From a virus (taxonomy: Duplodnaviria > Caudoviricetes): a stretch of DNA of 61,619 bases. The stretch is taken from the IMG/VR virus record IMGVR_UViG_3300007541_006356, positions 1 to 61,619 of that record. One strand, written 5' to 3'. Made by a program: the position numbers and the translations under genes. Position 1 is the stretch's first letter, and each line of letters begins with the position of its first letter. The notes below the pieces were generated by a model. The model made no database searches. It saw only the letters and a program-made list of their open reading frames with translations, and was not told the DNA's origin. This document shows, piece after piece, positions 50,435-58,925 of the stretch.

Positions 50435-50821
50435 TTAAAATTTACTTTTTACGTCAACTCTATTCATTGACCTGTCCCCATTAGGGTTATATAGTGGTGG
50501 TTCGGTAAAAGTTTCACCCTGTATTGGTTTAAAGTATTTCATTTTATCTACCCTAAAAAGTCTCCAGTCGGGTAGTGGTATACCTTTTTCGTTAACTTTT
50601 AATGAGGGTCCTTCGGTTTGATAAGCTCTAACCACCGTATTATTTCGTTTAGACTTACCTAACGCTACTGGTTTTATAATTCTTTTTTCAGTACCTCTAG
50701 GTAATTTGTCATCATCCTCATATTTTAACTCACACACGTACTTATTTTTAATCGCGTCAACAATTTTAGACTGTTGTACTTGTTCAATAATAAGGTCTTT
50801 TATTGTGTTGTAAAGTTTCAT
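50435..50821 (-). CDS. Stand-alone WYL-like domain protein
   Basis: AIKNKYVCELKY...RIIKPVALG....VVRAYQ....WRLFRVDKM. Confidence 0.72.
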   Translation of the reverse strand: MKLYNTIKDLIIEQVQQSKIVDAIKNKYVCELKYEDDDKLPRGTEKRIIKPVALGKSKRNNTVVRAYQTEGPSLKVNEKGIPLPDWRLFRVDKMKYFKPIQGETFTEPPLYNPNGDRSMNRVDVKSKF

Positions 50822-51168
50822 TATCTTGTTTGATCTACGGTAGGTTGGTATCCATTACCAGAGTCTAAATTACCCGCTGAGTATTCGTTATTTTTTGAGT
50901 ATAGGTTATTTTTTAAGTTACCCACTCTACCAGTGTTAGCTTCACCGTTACCCAGTTTATCCACTGAACTACCAATATTATCATCATATACACTTAAAAA
51001 TTGAGCATTACCTTTACCTTTAGTATCCCCATTAGCTACCGCGTTAGGGTGGTTAACACCGTAACCATCATTTGGTTTATACGTGTTTCTAACTAATAGT
51101 TTTTCTCTTTCCATTTCTGATGACTTGGTAAGTCCTTCACCAGGTTTTTTTTGATTAAAATCAGGCAT
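50821..51168 (-). CDS. Hypothetical Asn/Gly-rich protein
   Basis: 115-aa ORF coupled to both neighbours. Confidence 0.65.
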   Translation of the reverse strand: MPDFNQKKPGEGLTKSSEMEREKLLVRNTYKPNDGYGVNHPNAVANGDTKGKGNAQFLSVYDDNIGSSVDKLGNGEANTGRVGNLKNNLYSKNNEYSAGNLDSGNGYQPTVDQTR

Positions 51169-51169
51169 A

Positions 51170-51634
51170 TTATATAACTTTTTTAATTATTTCATTTATT
51201 CGGGATATGTTTTCATATACCCCTCTATTATTAATTATTTCGTCAGAGTTTTTTTGCACTTTAGCTACCCTAACTTTAGTAGGATTTTTAGATTTATCTT
51301 TGGTGTGTTCTTTTTTAAATTGGTTTTCCATACCCGCGTTCATTTTACTTTTCTTAGTTTGATACACCGAACGTCTCCTTTCGTCTAATTTACCACTAAT
51401 CCATTCCAACAACTCATCACCACCAATTAATTTATAAACTTCGGGATTCATCCCGTTCTTCATTTCATGTTTTATTTTTTTAGCTTGTTGATAACCCACA
51501 CCTTTTTCGTCACAAAGTGATTTTAGTCTTTTGTAACCCGACATACTTTTGTCCGAATGTTTTAAATTATCATTTAATAACGATAACAATTCGGGTGGTA
51601 TTTTGTAAAAGTCGTTTTTTAGGTCTTTATTCAT
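51170..51634 (-). CDS. Hypothetical basic protein
   Basis: 154-aa ORF ending YENISRINEIIKKVI. Confidence 0.7.
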   Translation of the reverse strand: MNKDLKNDFYKIPPELLSLLNDNLKHSDKSMSGYKRLKSLCDEKGVGYQQAKKIKHEMKNGMNPEVYKLIGGDELLEWISGKLDERRRSVYQTKKSKMNAGMENQFKKEHTKDKSKNPTKVRVAKVQKNSDEIINNRGVYENISRINEIIKKVI

Positions 51635-52490
51635 AACCTTTTAATTTTTCAATTATAGATTTTAATGGTATACCTTGTCTGTCTGCGTATTTTTTAAGTG
51701 ACTTTAATTTTTTCTCAAATATTTCATCACTTACTTCGTTTTTTTCAGAAATTTCTTTATCGTTATCTTTAGATTTTAAAATAATTTCCATCATTTTCAT
51801 TACTTCGTCATCCTCGAATAACCTTTTTTTTCTACCTTTTATCGCTCCACTAGTTTTAGTCCTGTCTTCAGCTTCACTATCATCAAACCCATATTGTTTT
51901 TTATATCTAGATTTAATTTCATTTTTACTCATAGTGTCAGTATCAATAATGTCGTCACCATCTGAGTCCATACCCAATACTTTAGTCATGTCTTCTTCAC
52001 CTACACGTTCTACTGATTCACCCCAGTACCTTTTATAAAAATAACCTCTACCCTGTTCACCACCTTGTCTGGTCGCTGGAACTACAGCGTCAGTAGTTTT
52101 TTTACTTGACACTGTTTTATTGTTCATATACCCTAAAGGTGTTTTACCACCTAAAACCGATCCATCATAGTCTACAAGTTCATCCAATTCTTCTTCTGTG
52201 TTACCATAATCGTTAACCCAATTATCCAATAATTTTTTAACTACTGTATTAGGGTAAGAATTACCTTTTTTCATTTGATCATTGTTAAACTTTTCTAGTG
52301 TGTTTAATAAAGCTTGTATTTGTGTTTTATTAACACCACTAACTGACACTTTATTTGTAGGTTGATCGGACATTTTTTTAGCGGTTTCTTTGTCTATTGA
52401 CACACCAAAAGAAATCTCAAAAGCACCATTTTTCAATTCACTAACATTAACGTATAGTGGTTTATTGTACACTTCACTTTTAAAAGCCAT
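51627..52490 (-). CDS. Hypothetical protein
   Basis: 287-aa ORF, first of its operon, late motif upstream. Confidence 0.7.
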   Translation of the reverse strand: MAFKSEVYNKPLYVNVSELKNGAFEISFGVSIDKETAKKMSDQPTNKVSVSGVNKTQIQALLNTLEKFNNDQMKKGNSYPNTVVKKLLDNWVNDYGNTEEELDELVDYDGSVLGGKTPLGYMNNKTVSSKKTTDAVVPATRQGGEQGRGYFYKRYWGESVERVGEEDMTKVLGMDSDGDDIIDTDTMSKNEIKSRYKKQYGFDDSEAEDRTKTSGAIKGRKKRLFEDDEVMKMMEIILKSKDNDKEISEKNEVSDEIFEKKLKSLKKYADRQGIPLKSIIEKLKGYE

Positions 52491-52544
52491 AATTATCTCT
52501 TTATAAATAAATATCTATAAGTGTGGTAACGATATTTATATTTG

Positions 52545-54764
52545 ATGGGAACACAAAATTTAAACAATTATTATTTTAATCGATTGGACGTTAAGTTAAA
52601 TTACAGTTCTTATTATGATTTTTTTTTATCTTCGGATGAAAAAGATTTTAATAGAGAAGTTGTATATTCAAATAATTTAATAGGTTACGACAATGGTAAT
52701 GTTTTACCAGTACTTATAGACTTATCCCAAAGTGGTTGTTCAACACAACCAACAATATCCTGTGACGTACAAAGTGGTACACCACAAGTAATATTGAGTA
52801 AAAATTATTGGTCAGAATCTACATCCACATGTGATTGTCCATATACAGGCACATCATCAAATAATTCAGCATACACAATTTACAACATAAATTTAACTGG
52901 AATTGATAATGGTTTGTTTACTGGAATGACTTCGGGTGAAACTATAGAATTACACAGTACTATACCTATAGGTGATACTTTTTCACCAACAAAATACGAC
53001 AAAAGATTAAAGTTACATCAAGTTACCGCTTCAACATATAGTCCAAACAATATATCGTATTCTATTAGTTCAACAACTGATAGTTCTGGTTATTACCAAG
53101 AATTGAACGGTGGTTTTTATCAAGGTTTTTATAAACTTTATGGTTACCCTTATGAAATTTTACCCGATAGACCAACTTGTGGGTGGACAATGGAAACGTT
53201 GTTGAAGATACGTACAAGTGGTAATACGTCTGGTAATTGTTTTACAACCCTCGAAAACAATTGTGAATCTACACAAACACTGAATGACGTGTACCCAAAC
53301 AACTCTGGATTTTTTTATTATGTGGGTACGAGAGCTGAAAATAAGTTTTGGGCAGCTTTTAGTTCAGAAACAGGTTGTACAAGTTTTAGTGGTTATTGTT
53401 CGGAAACTGGTAATTCGGGTGACAGTTGTACGATAAATGTCAGTAGTGGTGTTACTGGTTATTCTAACACATACGAGTTAGATTGTTGTAACAACCCAAT
53501 CGAATCACACCCTTTAGGTCCTGTTAGTTTAAATATTAACACCGGTACAACACCTTGTGGTCAATCATATTCACCATTTACGTTACCAGTATCAGCTATA
53601 ACTGACACGTACTCTAATTCTTTTGGTGTTAGGTTAACACCCGACTTTAGGTTAGGGTATAGAACTTTAAGGTTTACTGGTTCTTGTGTAACCACTGGTA
53701 CTTCAATTGATTGTAATACTGGTGGAACATTTAACTGTGGTTACGCTATCGAAGAATATTATACCGATGTTATTTGTCCGTCTATAATCAACTCTGGTAC
53801 CTGTGAAAATACTTGGTTATCCGTGTCGGTGACATTTGAAAGGGATTTCTGTTTAAGTGGATGTAACGTACAAAACGAAGGTGGGTTGTATGATTTATTG
53901 AAAGTTCCCACAGTGTACAGATACCAAAGATACGCTTCTGATGATATCGTGAGGTGTAAAAACACATACCCATTAATACCAGAAGATGGTTATTATGATT
54001 TAGAGTGCAGTGGTTCTTCCAATGGTAACATATCTATGACTTCAAACACCACCTACGGTAAATGGTTAAATCAAAAATACCTAAGACAAGGTACATTAAC
54101 ATTCTACGTAAATGGTAGGCGTGTAGGTAAAGTGGAAAACTTTGAGGAAATTATTCCCAGACCTCTAAATACTCACAGAGATTTACAGGTGGGTGTACCT
54201 TACAACATTTCTTGGGGTGGTGGTTCTCAAGGGTTATATGAAAATATGACATATGGTACTAGTGGTTGTTCCCAAAACCCACCTTACCAACAAGATCCAA
54301 ATGATTTGGGTTTATTAATACAAGAAAATTTTGCGGGTTCTTGGTTGGGTGGTATATCCCAATTTAGATATTATATAAAACCATTACAATCGGATGAAAT
54401 TTACCACAATTTTTTAGTGAACAAAGATAGGTACTCGTTAATTGACTGTCAATTCACTAAAAACTGTACATCTAAAGGTTGTAATTCACCACAAACATTA
54501 TACTTAAGAGATGGTGATTCCTTGGATATTAAAATTATTTTTGGAACCAATTCGGATAACGTATACACAAATACTAATGGTAATAATGTGAGGATAAAAT
54601 CGATACAACAAGATAACGTCTCTTCTGTAACCATAAAGAAAAATGATAATGTGGTTAACACACCGTTTAATGTGTATAGTGATGACACGTTAGAGGTAAT
54701 TATTACTAAGATGGATAGTGATTTAAATTCTAATGTAACTTTAATTAGTAATTTAATTAAGTAG
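52545..54764 (+). CDS. Cys/Ser/Thr-rich virion protein with a LamG/concanavalin-like core
   Basis: GWTMETLLK, WLSVSVTF, GTLTFYVNG, FAGSWLGGISQFRYYIKPL..DEI..N are LamG-like strands interrupted by Cys-rich inserts. Confidence 0.65.
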   Translation: MGTQNLNNYYFNRLDVKLNYSSYYDFFLSSDEKDFNREVVYSNNLIGYDNGNVLPVLIDLSQSGCSTQPTISCDVQSGTPQVILSKNYWSESTSTCDCPYTGTSSNNSAYTIYNINLTGIDNGLFTGMTSGETIELHSTIPIGDTFSPTKYDKRLKLHQVTASTYSPNNISYSISSTTDSSGYYQELNGGFYQGFYKLYGYPYEILPDRPTCGWTMETLLKIRTSGNTSGNCFTTLENNCESTQTLNDVYPNNSGFFYYVGTRAENKFWAAFSSETGCTSFSGYCSETGNSGDSCTINVSSGVTGYSNTYELDCCNNPIESHPLGPVSLNINTGTTPCGQSYSPFTLPVSAITDTYSNSFGVRLTPDFRLGYRTLRFTGSCVTTGTSIDCNTGGTFNCGYAIEEYYTDVICPSIINSGTCENTWLSVSVTFERDFCLSGCNVQNEGGLYDLLKVPTVYRYQRYASDDIVRCKNTYPLIPEDGYYDLECSGSSNGNISMTSNTTYGKWLNQKYLRQGTLTFYVNGRRVGKVENFEEIIPRPLNTHRDLQVGVPYNISWGGGSQGLYENMTYGTSGCSQNPPYQQDPNDLGLLIQENFAGSWLGGISQFRYYIKPLQSDEIYHNFLVNKDRYSLIDCQFTKNCTSKGCNSPQTLYLRDGDSLDIKIIFGTNSDNVYTNTNGNNVRIKSIQQDNVSSVTIKKNDNVVNTPFNVYSDDTLEVIITKMDSDLNSNVTLISNLIK

Positions 54765-54808
54765 TTTATCTACTTTGGAAATAATTATATAGTAAACACA
54801 AATAAATT

Positions 54809-55165
54809 ATGCCGTCATTCATTCGACTTTTAACAGAAACACCAACAAATATTAATACACCACCATCTGGTTATACTTCATTATACGCTTCGAGTGGAAC
54901 AAGTAATGAAAATCAGTATCAATTATACATTAAAGACCCGTATGGTAATTCTTACCAAGTAGGTGGTTTCGCTAGTGGTGGTACGTTTTCCGCTATGACA
55001 ACATTTAATTCGGGAGCTACTTTTTACAATGGTGTTTATTTGGGTCAACCAGCTAGTGAAGGTACATGGAGAATATCCGCTGACACCACAAATAATAATT
55101 TAGTATTCCAACTATTTACCGGTGGAACTTACGTAACTAAAAATACCATTAGTGGGGTATCGTAA
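54809..55165 (+). CDS. Small Gly/Thr/Ser-rich protein, probably structural
   Basis: 118-aa ORF; TPPSGYTSLYA and GTWRI segments typical of fibre-associated proteins. Confidence 0.65.
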   Translation: MPSFIRLLTETPTNINTPPSGYTSLYASSGTSNENQYQLYIKDPYGNSYQVGGFASGGTFSAMTTFNSGATFYNGVYLGQPASEGTWRISADTTNNNLVFQLFTGGTYVTKNTISGVS

Positions 55166-55170
55166 AAGAT

Positions 55171-55560
55171 ATGGAGTTTTTTATTAGAAAAAATTCATTA
55201 GAACCAATACTTAAAATGCAGTTGGTTCAAGACGGTAGAAATGATTTTAGTTCGTTCTATGACAAATTATCTAATTCTTCCATAAAATTCTCTATGCGTA
55301 ATGAAGAAACTGGTGTTTTTAAAATTTTAAATCAACCCGGTGGTATCGTACAAAAAACAAAAACAAGTGATAATTCACCCACAGAATACTACATCTACTA
55401 TAGATGGAGGAAAAAAGACGTTAACACAGTTGGCAGGTATCAGGGCATGTTTTCTATTTACTTATTTGATGATTGTACTGAGTTAAAGGTTCCAATTAGG
55501 GAGGATTTGTATATTAATATTACTGATTCATTCGGTCAAACTTCTTGTGATTGTGGGTAA
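55171..55560 (+). CDS. BppU-N-like Ig-fold structural protein
   Basis: FFIRKNSLEPILKMQL...IKFSM...IYYRW...DVNTVGRYQGMFSI...VP pattern. Confidence 0.55.
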   Translation: MEFFIRKNSLEPILKMQLVQDGRNDFSSFYDKLSNSSIKFSMRNEETGVFKILNQPGGIVQKTKTSDNSPTEYYIYYRWRKKDVNTVGRYQGMFSIYLFDDCTELKVPIREDLYINITDSFGQTSCDCG

Positions 55561-55561
55561 C

Positions 55562-55969
55562 ATGAAATCATTAATCGAGAAAATATTAAAAGAAGAGGTT
55601 CATGATCTTTTAAAGAAGCATTTATTTAAATTATTAAATGAATGGTTATTGGATGAATGTGATCAAATTACATCTGAAAAATACCCAGATTACATATTTT
55701 TTAAAAGAAGAAGTGATGGAAAAATTGTTGCGGAGATGGATAAAAAATATAAAGATTTTTGGTTACATTATGATGAAATTTGGTCATTTTTTGAAAAGCA
55801 TTTTGACCTAAATTATGAGGAAATACAGGAGATTGCTCGTGACTGGCTGGAAGAGGATTTCAAACTGAAGGGGTATACACCAGCCCCTGACTACGGATCA
55901 GGAGGTTTTAGGTTGGAAGAGACTTTCAAACTGAGGGGATATACACCCCACCTGTGGTGGAAACATTGA
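55562..55969 (+). CDS. Small aromatic-rich hypothetical protein whose C-terminus is encoded by the mini-array
   Basis: ATG at 55562, 1 nt after the previous stop; 135 aa ending WLEEDFKLKGYTP-APDYGSGGFR-LEETFKLRGYTP-HLWWKH*. Confidence 0.8.
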   Translation: MKSLIEKILKEEVHDLLKKHLFKLLNEWLLDECDQITSEKYPDYIFFKRRSDGKIVAEMDKKYKDFWLHYDEIWSFFEKHFDLNYEEIQEIARDWLEEDFKLKGYTPAPDYGSGGFRLEETFKLRGYTPHLWWKH

Positions 55970-56043
55970 CGCATTGTGCTGGAAGATGCTTTCAAACTGA
56001 GGGGATATACGTCAGGGACTATCGGTCAACAAATTTGGTTCAC
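55846..56043 (-). CRISPR. Cas-less CRISPR-like mini-array: 3 x 36-nt repeats, 30-nt spacers, type VI-B-like on the minus strand
   Basis: Plus strand: R1 55846-55881 GCTGGAAGAGGATTTCAAACTGAAGGGGTATACACC; S1 55882-55911 AGCCCCTGACTACGGATCAGGAGGTTTTAG; R2 55912-55947 GTTGGAAGAGACTTTCAAACTGAGGGGATATACACC; S2 55948-55977 CCACCTGTGGTGGAAACATTGACGCATTGT; R3 55978-56013 GCTGGAAGATGCTTTCAAACTGAGGGGATATACGTC; putative S3 56014-56043 AGGGACTATCGGTCAACAAATTTGGTTCAC. Exact 66-nt period; R1 and R3 each differ from R2 at 5 of 36 positions; spacers unrelated to each other. Confidence 0.8.
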
Positions 56044-56129
56044 CACTAAGTGATACTTTAAATATAAAATCCCAAGCTTAATTGATTTTTTAGTTCATTT
56101 GTATTATTTTTTTATAAAAAAATTGACAA

Positions 56130-58925
56130 ATGAATATACCGACACAAGAGCAAATAGAACAGTTTTTACACGGTTCTGACCCAGAAAAATACATAGTGGG
56201 GTTAGAATTCGGTTTTAGAAGTGGCAAAATATATAAAATCAAAGAATACCCAGATAAGGGAAAGGTTATTGAGGTTGATACCTTCACACCTTTTTGTTGG
56301 GTGGGTGATTTACGTTCTAAAAATTTTTACAGAGGAAACAAACAAGTTCAAAAAGAAGCTATCAGTAAACACGGTATCATTATAGAAAAGTTGGAAACTT
56401 ATGGTAATGATCGTTTAGAGAATGGGTTAACATATTTGGTTAAGACGACTAAAGATTATAATCATTTGGTTTCGTTTTTTAGGGAAGGCGGTCTTAATCC
56501 TTGGGGTGAAGATTCTAGAGATTTTATATTAATGTTACCACCGATAGAACAGTACTTAATACAAAAAGAAAAAAGATTATTCAAGGGTTTTGAGGATTAT
56601 AATGACGTACATCGTTTCGTTTTTGACTTGGAAACCACTAGTTTATCACCTAAAGATGGTAGGATATTCATGATTGGCATGAAAGACAATCGTGGGTTTG
56701 AAAAAGTCATTGAAGTTGAGGATAATGATTATAATGAAATATTAGCTATTACCGAATTTTTCGAAACAATAGATAAACTAAAACCGACAATAATTGGTGG
56801 TTACAACTCATCTAACTTCGACTGGGATTGGTTATTTGAACGTTCTCGTATTTTAGGTTTGGATATTTCGGAGTTTAAAACACTAAACCCTAACGAAAAA
56901 TTTAAAATGTCCAAAGGTACACTCAAGTTGGGTGCGGAAATGGAAGAATACAATAAAATTGAAATCTGGGGTTACAACTCTATAGATATCGCACACTCTG
57001 TTAGGAGAGCACAAACAATCAATTCAGACATAAAAAGTTGGGGTCTTAAATATATTACTAAATTCACTAATTCTGAAAAACCTAATCGTGTTTATGTTCA
57101 AGGGGATAAAATCGCTTCAACATATAAAGAAAATTTAGAATATTTTTTTAATCCCAAAACTGGTCAGTATCGTTTAGTTACAGATCCAAAAGTTAAAGAC
57201 ATAGAAACAAAATACCCAGGGGTGTATGAACGTGTCAACGGTAAATACATTGTTGAAAGATATCTATTGGATGATATTTGGGAAACTTTGGAGGTTGATG
57301 CTCAGTTTAACCAAGCGTCATTCCTTTTATCTTCTATGGTACCAACGTCATACGAGAGAGCGTCAACAATGGGTACCGCAACATTGTGGAAGATGTTGAT
57401 GTTAGCTTGGTCATACACTAACAATTTAGCTATACCCAAAAAAGACGAAAAAAGACCTTTTGTGGGTGGACTATCACGCTTGTTAAAAACGGGTTATTCG
57501 ACAAACGTGTTGAAGTTGGACTTTAGTTCACTTTACCCGTCAATACAATTAGTTCATGATGTTTTTCCAGAGTGTGATGTGACTGGTGCGATGAAATCTA
57601 TGTTAAAATATTTTAGAGACACACGTATTAAGTATAAAAATTTAACATCAGAATACAAAAACATAGATAAGAAAGTATCAGAAACTTATGGTAGGAAACA
57701 ACTACCTATTAAAATTTTTATTAACTCCATGTTCGGTTCACTATCCGCACCACAGGTATTTCCGTGGGGTGACATGAACAAAGGTGAAGAAGTTACATGT
57801 ACTGGTAGACAATATCTAAGACATATGATTAGATGGTTTATGGATAGGGGGTATGAACCTTTGGTGTTAGATACTGATGGTGTGAACTTTTCAGCTCCAA
57901 AGGGTGTAGAAAATATAGAATACGTTGGTAAAGGTAATAATGACTTAGTTGTTAAAGACAAGGTTTATGTAGGTACTGACGCACACGTAGCTGAATACAA
58001 TGATTTGTATATGGTAAATGAGATGGGTTTGGATACTGATGGTACTTGGCCAGCTTGTATTAATGTAGCCAGAAAAAACTACGCTCTTTTAACTGATAAA
58101 GGTAAAGTTAAACTAACTGGTAATTCAATCAAATCAAAAAAATTACAAGGATATGTAGAGGAATTTATAGATAAAGGTTTGACAATGTTACTTAACGGTG
58201 AGGGTCAGTCATTTATTGATTACTATTACGAGTACATCGAAAAAATTTACAATAAAGAAATACCATTAAGTAAAATCGCTAACAAATCAAACGTAAAACA
58301 AAGTGTTTCTGATTATAAGATTCGTAGTAAACAAACTTCAAAGTCTGGAAGTTTGATGTCTAAACAAGCTCACATGGAACTAATCATCCAAGAAGGACTT
58401 AAGGTGGATTTGGGTGACACGATTTACTATGTGAATAATGGTACCAGAAAATCACACGGTGACGTTCAAAACGTAAATAAACCAAAAAAGGGGTGGACAC
58501 AAGAACAACTTGATAGTTTCTTTGGGACTTATGGCGTTTACCCACCAGATTCATTAACAACTATGGTGAAACTAAATTGTTACCGTATCCCTAAAGAAGA
58601 TATTGAAAACAACCCTGGACTGACTGGTGACTATAACGTACCTAGATACATCAGTACTTTCAATAAAAGAATTGAACCTTTGTTGGTTTGTTTTAAACCT
58701 GAAATCAGAGACAATATTCTAATAGAAGATCCTAAAGACAGACAATATTTCACTAAATCACAATGTGAGTTAATAAATGGAATACCTAGAAAACCTGAAG
58801 ACCAAGATTCGTTAGGTGAAATATTAGACCTATCAGAAGATGAGGTTAACTTTTGGTCTAATGTAAAACAACAAAATGAAAATTATTTTATGGAAAGTTT
58901 AGGTATTTTTGATACCGTCAGATGA
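56130..58925 (+). CDS. polB: Family B DNA polymerase
   Basis: Exo FDLETT, GGYNSSNFDW, YLLDD; polymerase LDFSSLYPSI, KIFINSMFG, LDTDG, RKNYA. No intein evident. Confidence 0.95.
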   Translation: MNIPTQEQIEQFLHGSDPEKYIVGLEFGFRSGKIYKIKEYPDKGKVIEVDTFTPFCWVGDLRSKNFYRGNKQVQKEAISKHGIIIEKLETYGNDRLENGLTYLVKTTKDYNHLVSFFREGGLNPWGEDSRDFILMLPPIEQYLIQKEKRLFKGFEDYNDVHRFVFDLETTSLSPKDGRIFMIGMKDNRGFEKVIEVEDNDYNEILAITEFFETIDKLKPTIIGGYNSSNFDWDWLFERSRILGLDISEFKTLNPNEKFKMSKGTLKLGAEMEEYNKIEIWGYNSIDIAHSVRRAQTINSDIKSWGLKYITKFTNSEKPNRVYVQGDKIASTYKENLEYFFNPKTGQYRLVTDPKVKDIETKYPGVYERVNGKYIVERYLLDDIWETLEVDAQFNQASFLLSSMVPTSYERASTMGTATLWKMLMLAWSYTNNLAIPKKDEKRPFVGGLSRLLKTGYSTNVLKLDFSSLYPSIQLVHDVFPECDVTGAMKSMLKYFRDTRIKYKNLTSEYKNIDKKVSETYGRKQLPIKIFINSMFGSLSAPQVFPWGDMNKGEEVTCTGRQYLRHMIRWFMDRGYEPLVLDTDGVNFSAPKGVENIEYVGKGNNDLVVKDKVYVGTDAHVAEYNDLYMVNEMGLDTDGTWPACINVARKNYALLTDKGKVKLTGNSIKSKKLQGYVEEFIDKGLTMLLNGEGQSFIDYYYEYIEKIYNKEIPLSKIANKSNVKQSVSDYKIRSKQTSKSGSLMSKQAHMELIIQEGLKVDLGDTIYYVNNGTRKSHGDVQNVNKPKKGWTQEQLDSFFGTYGVYPPDSLTTMVKLNCYRIPKEDIENNPGLTGDYNVPRYISTFNKRIEPLLVCFKPEIRDNILIEDPKDRQYFTKSQCELINGIPRKPEDQDSLGEILDLSEDEVNFWSNVKQQNENYFMESLGIFDTVR

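Noticed and set aside
55870-55945. A complete tRNA-Arg gene around spacer 1
   Set aside because: Only the anticodon arm and variable loop are present. The flanks are repeat sequence with no D-loop, complete T-arm or acceptor stem.
55934-55951. RGYTPH as a HEPN R-x4-H motif making the 135-aa protein a mini-Cas13
   Set aside because: It arises from the repeat/spacer junction, occurs once, and the protein is far too small.
55846-56013. Diversity-generating retroelement TR/VR pair
   Set aside because: No reverse transcriptase in the window, mismatches are not confined to adenines, and the layout is repeat-spacer.
56045-56080. Fourth repeat copy
   Set aside because: Only patchy identity (CT, GAT, CTTT, AA) and off-period by 1 nt; not counted as a repeat.
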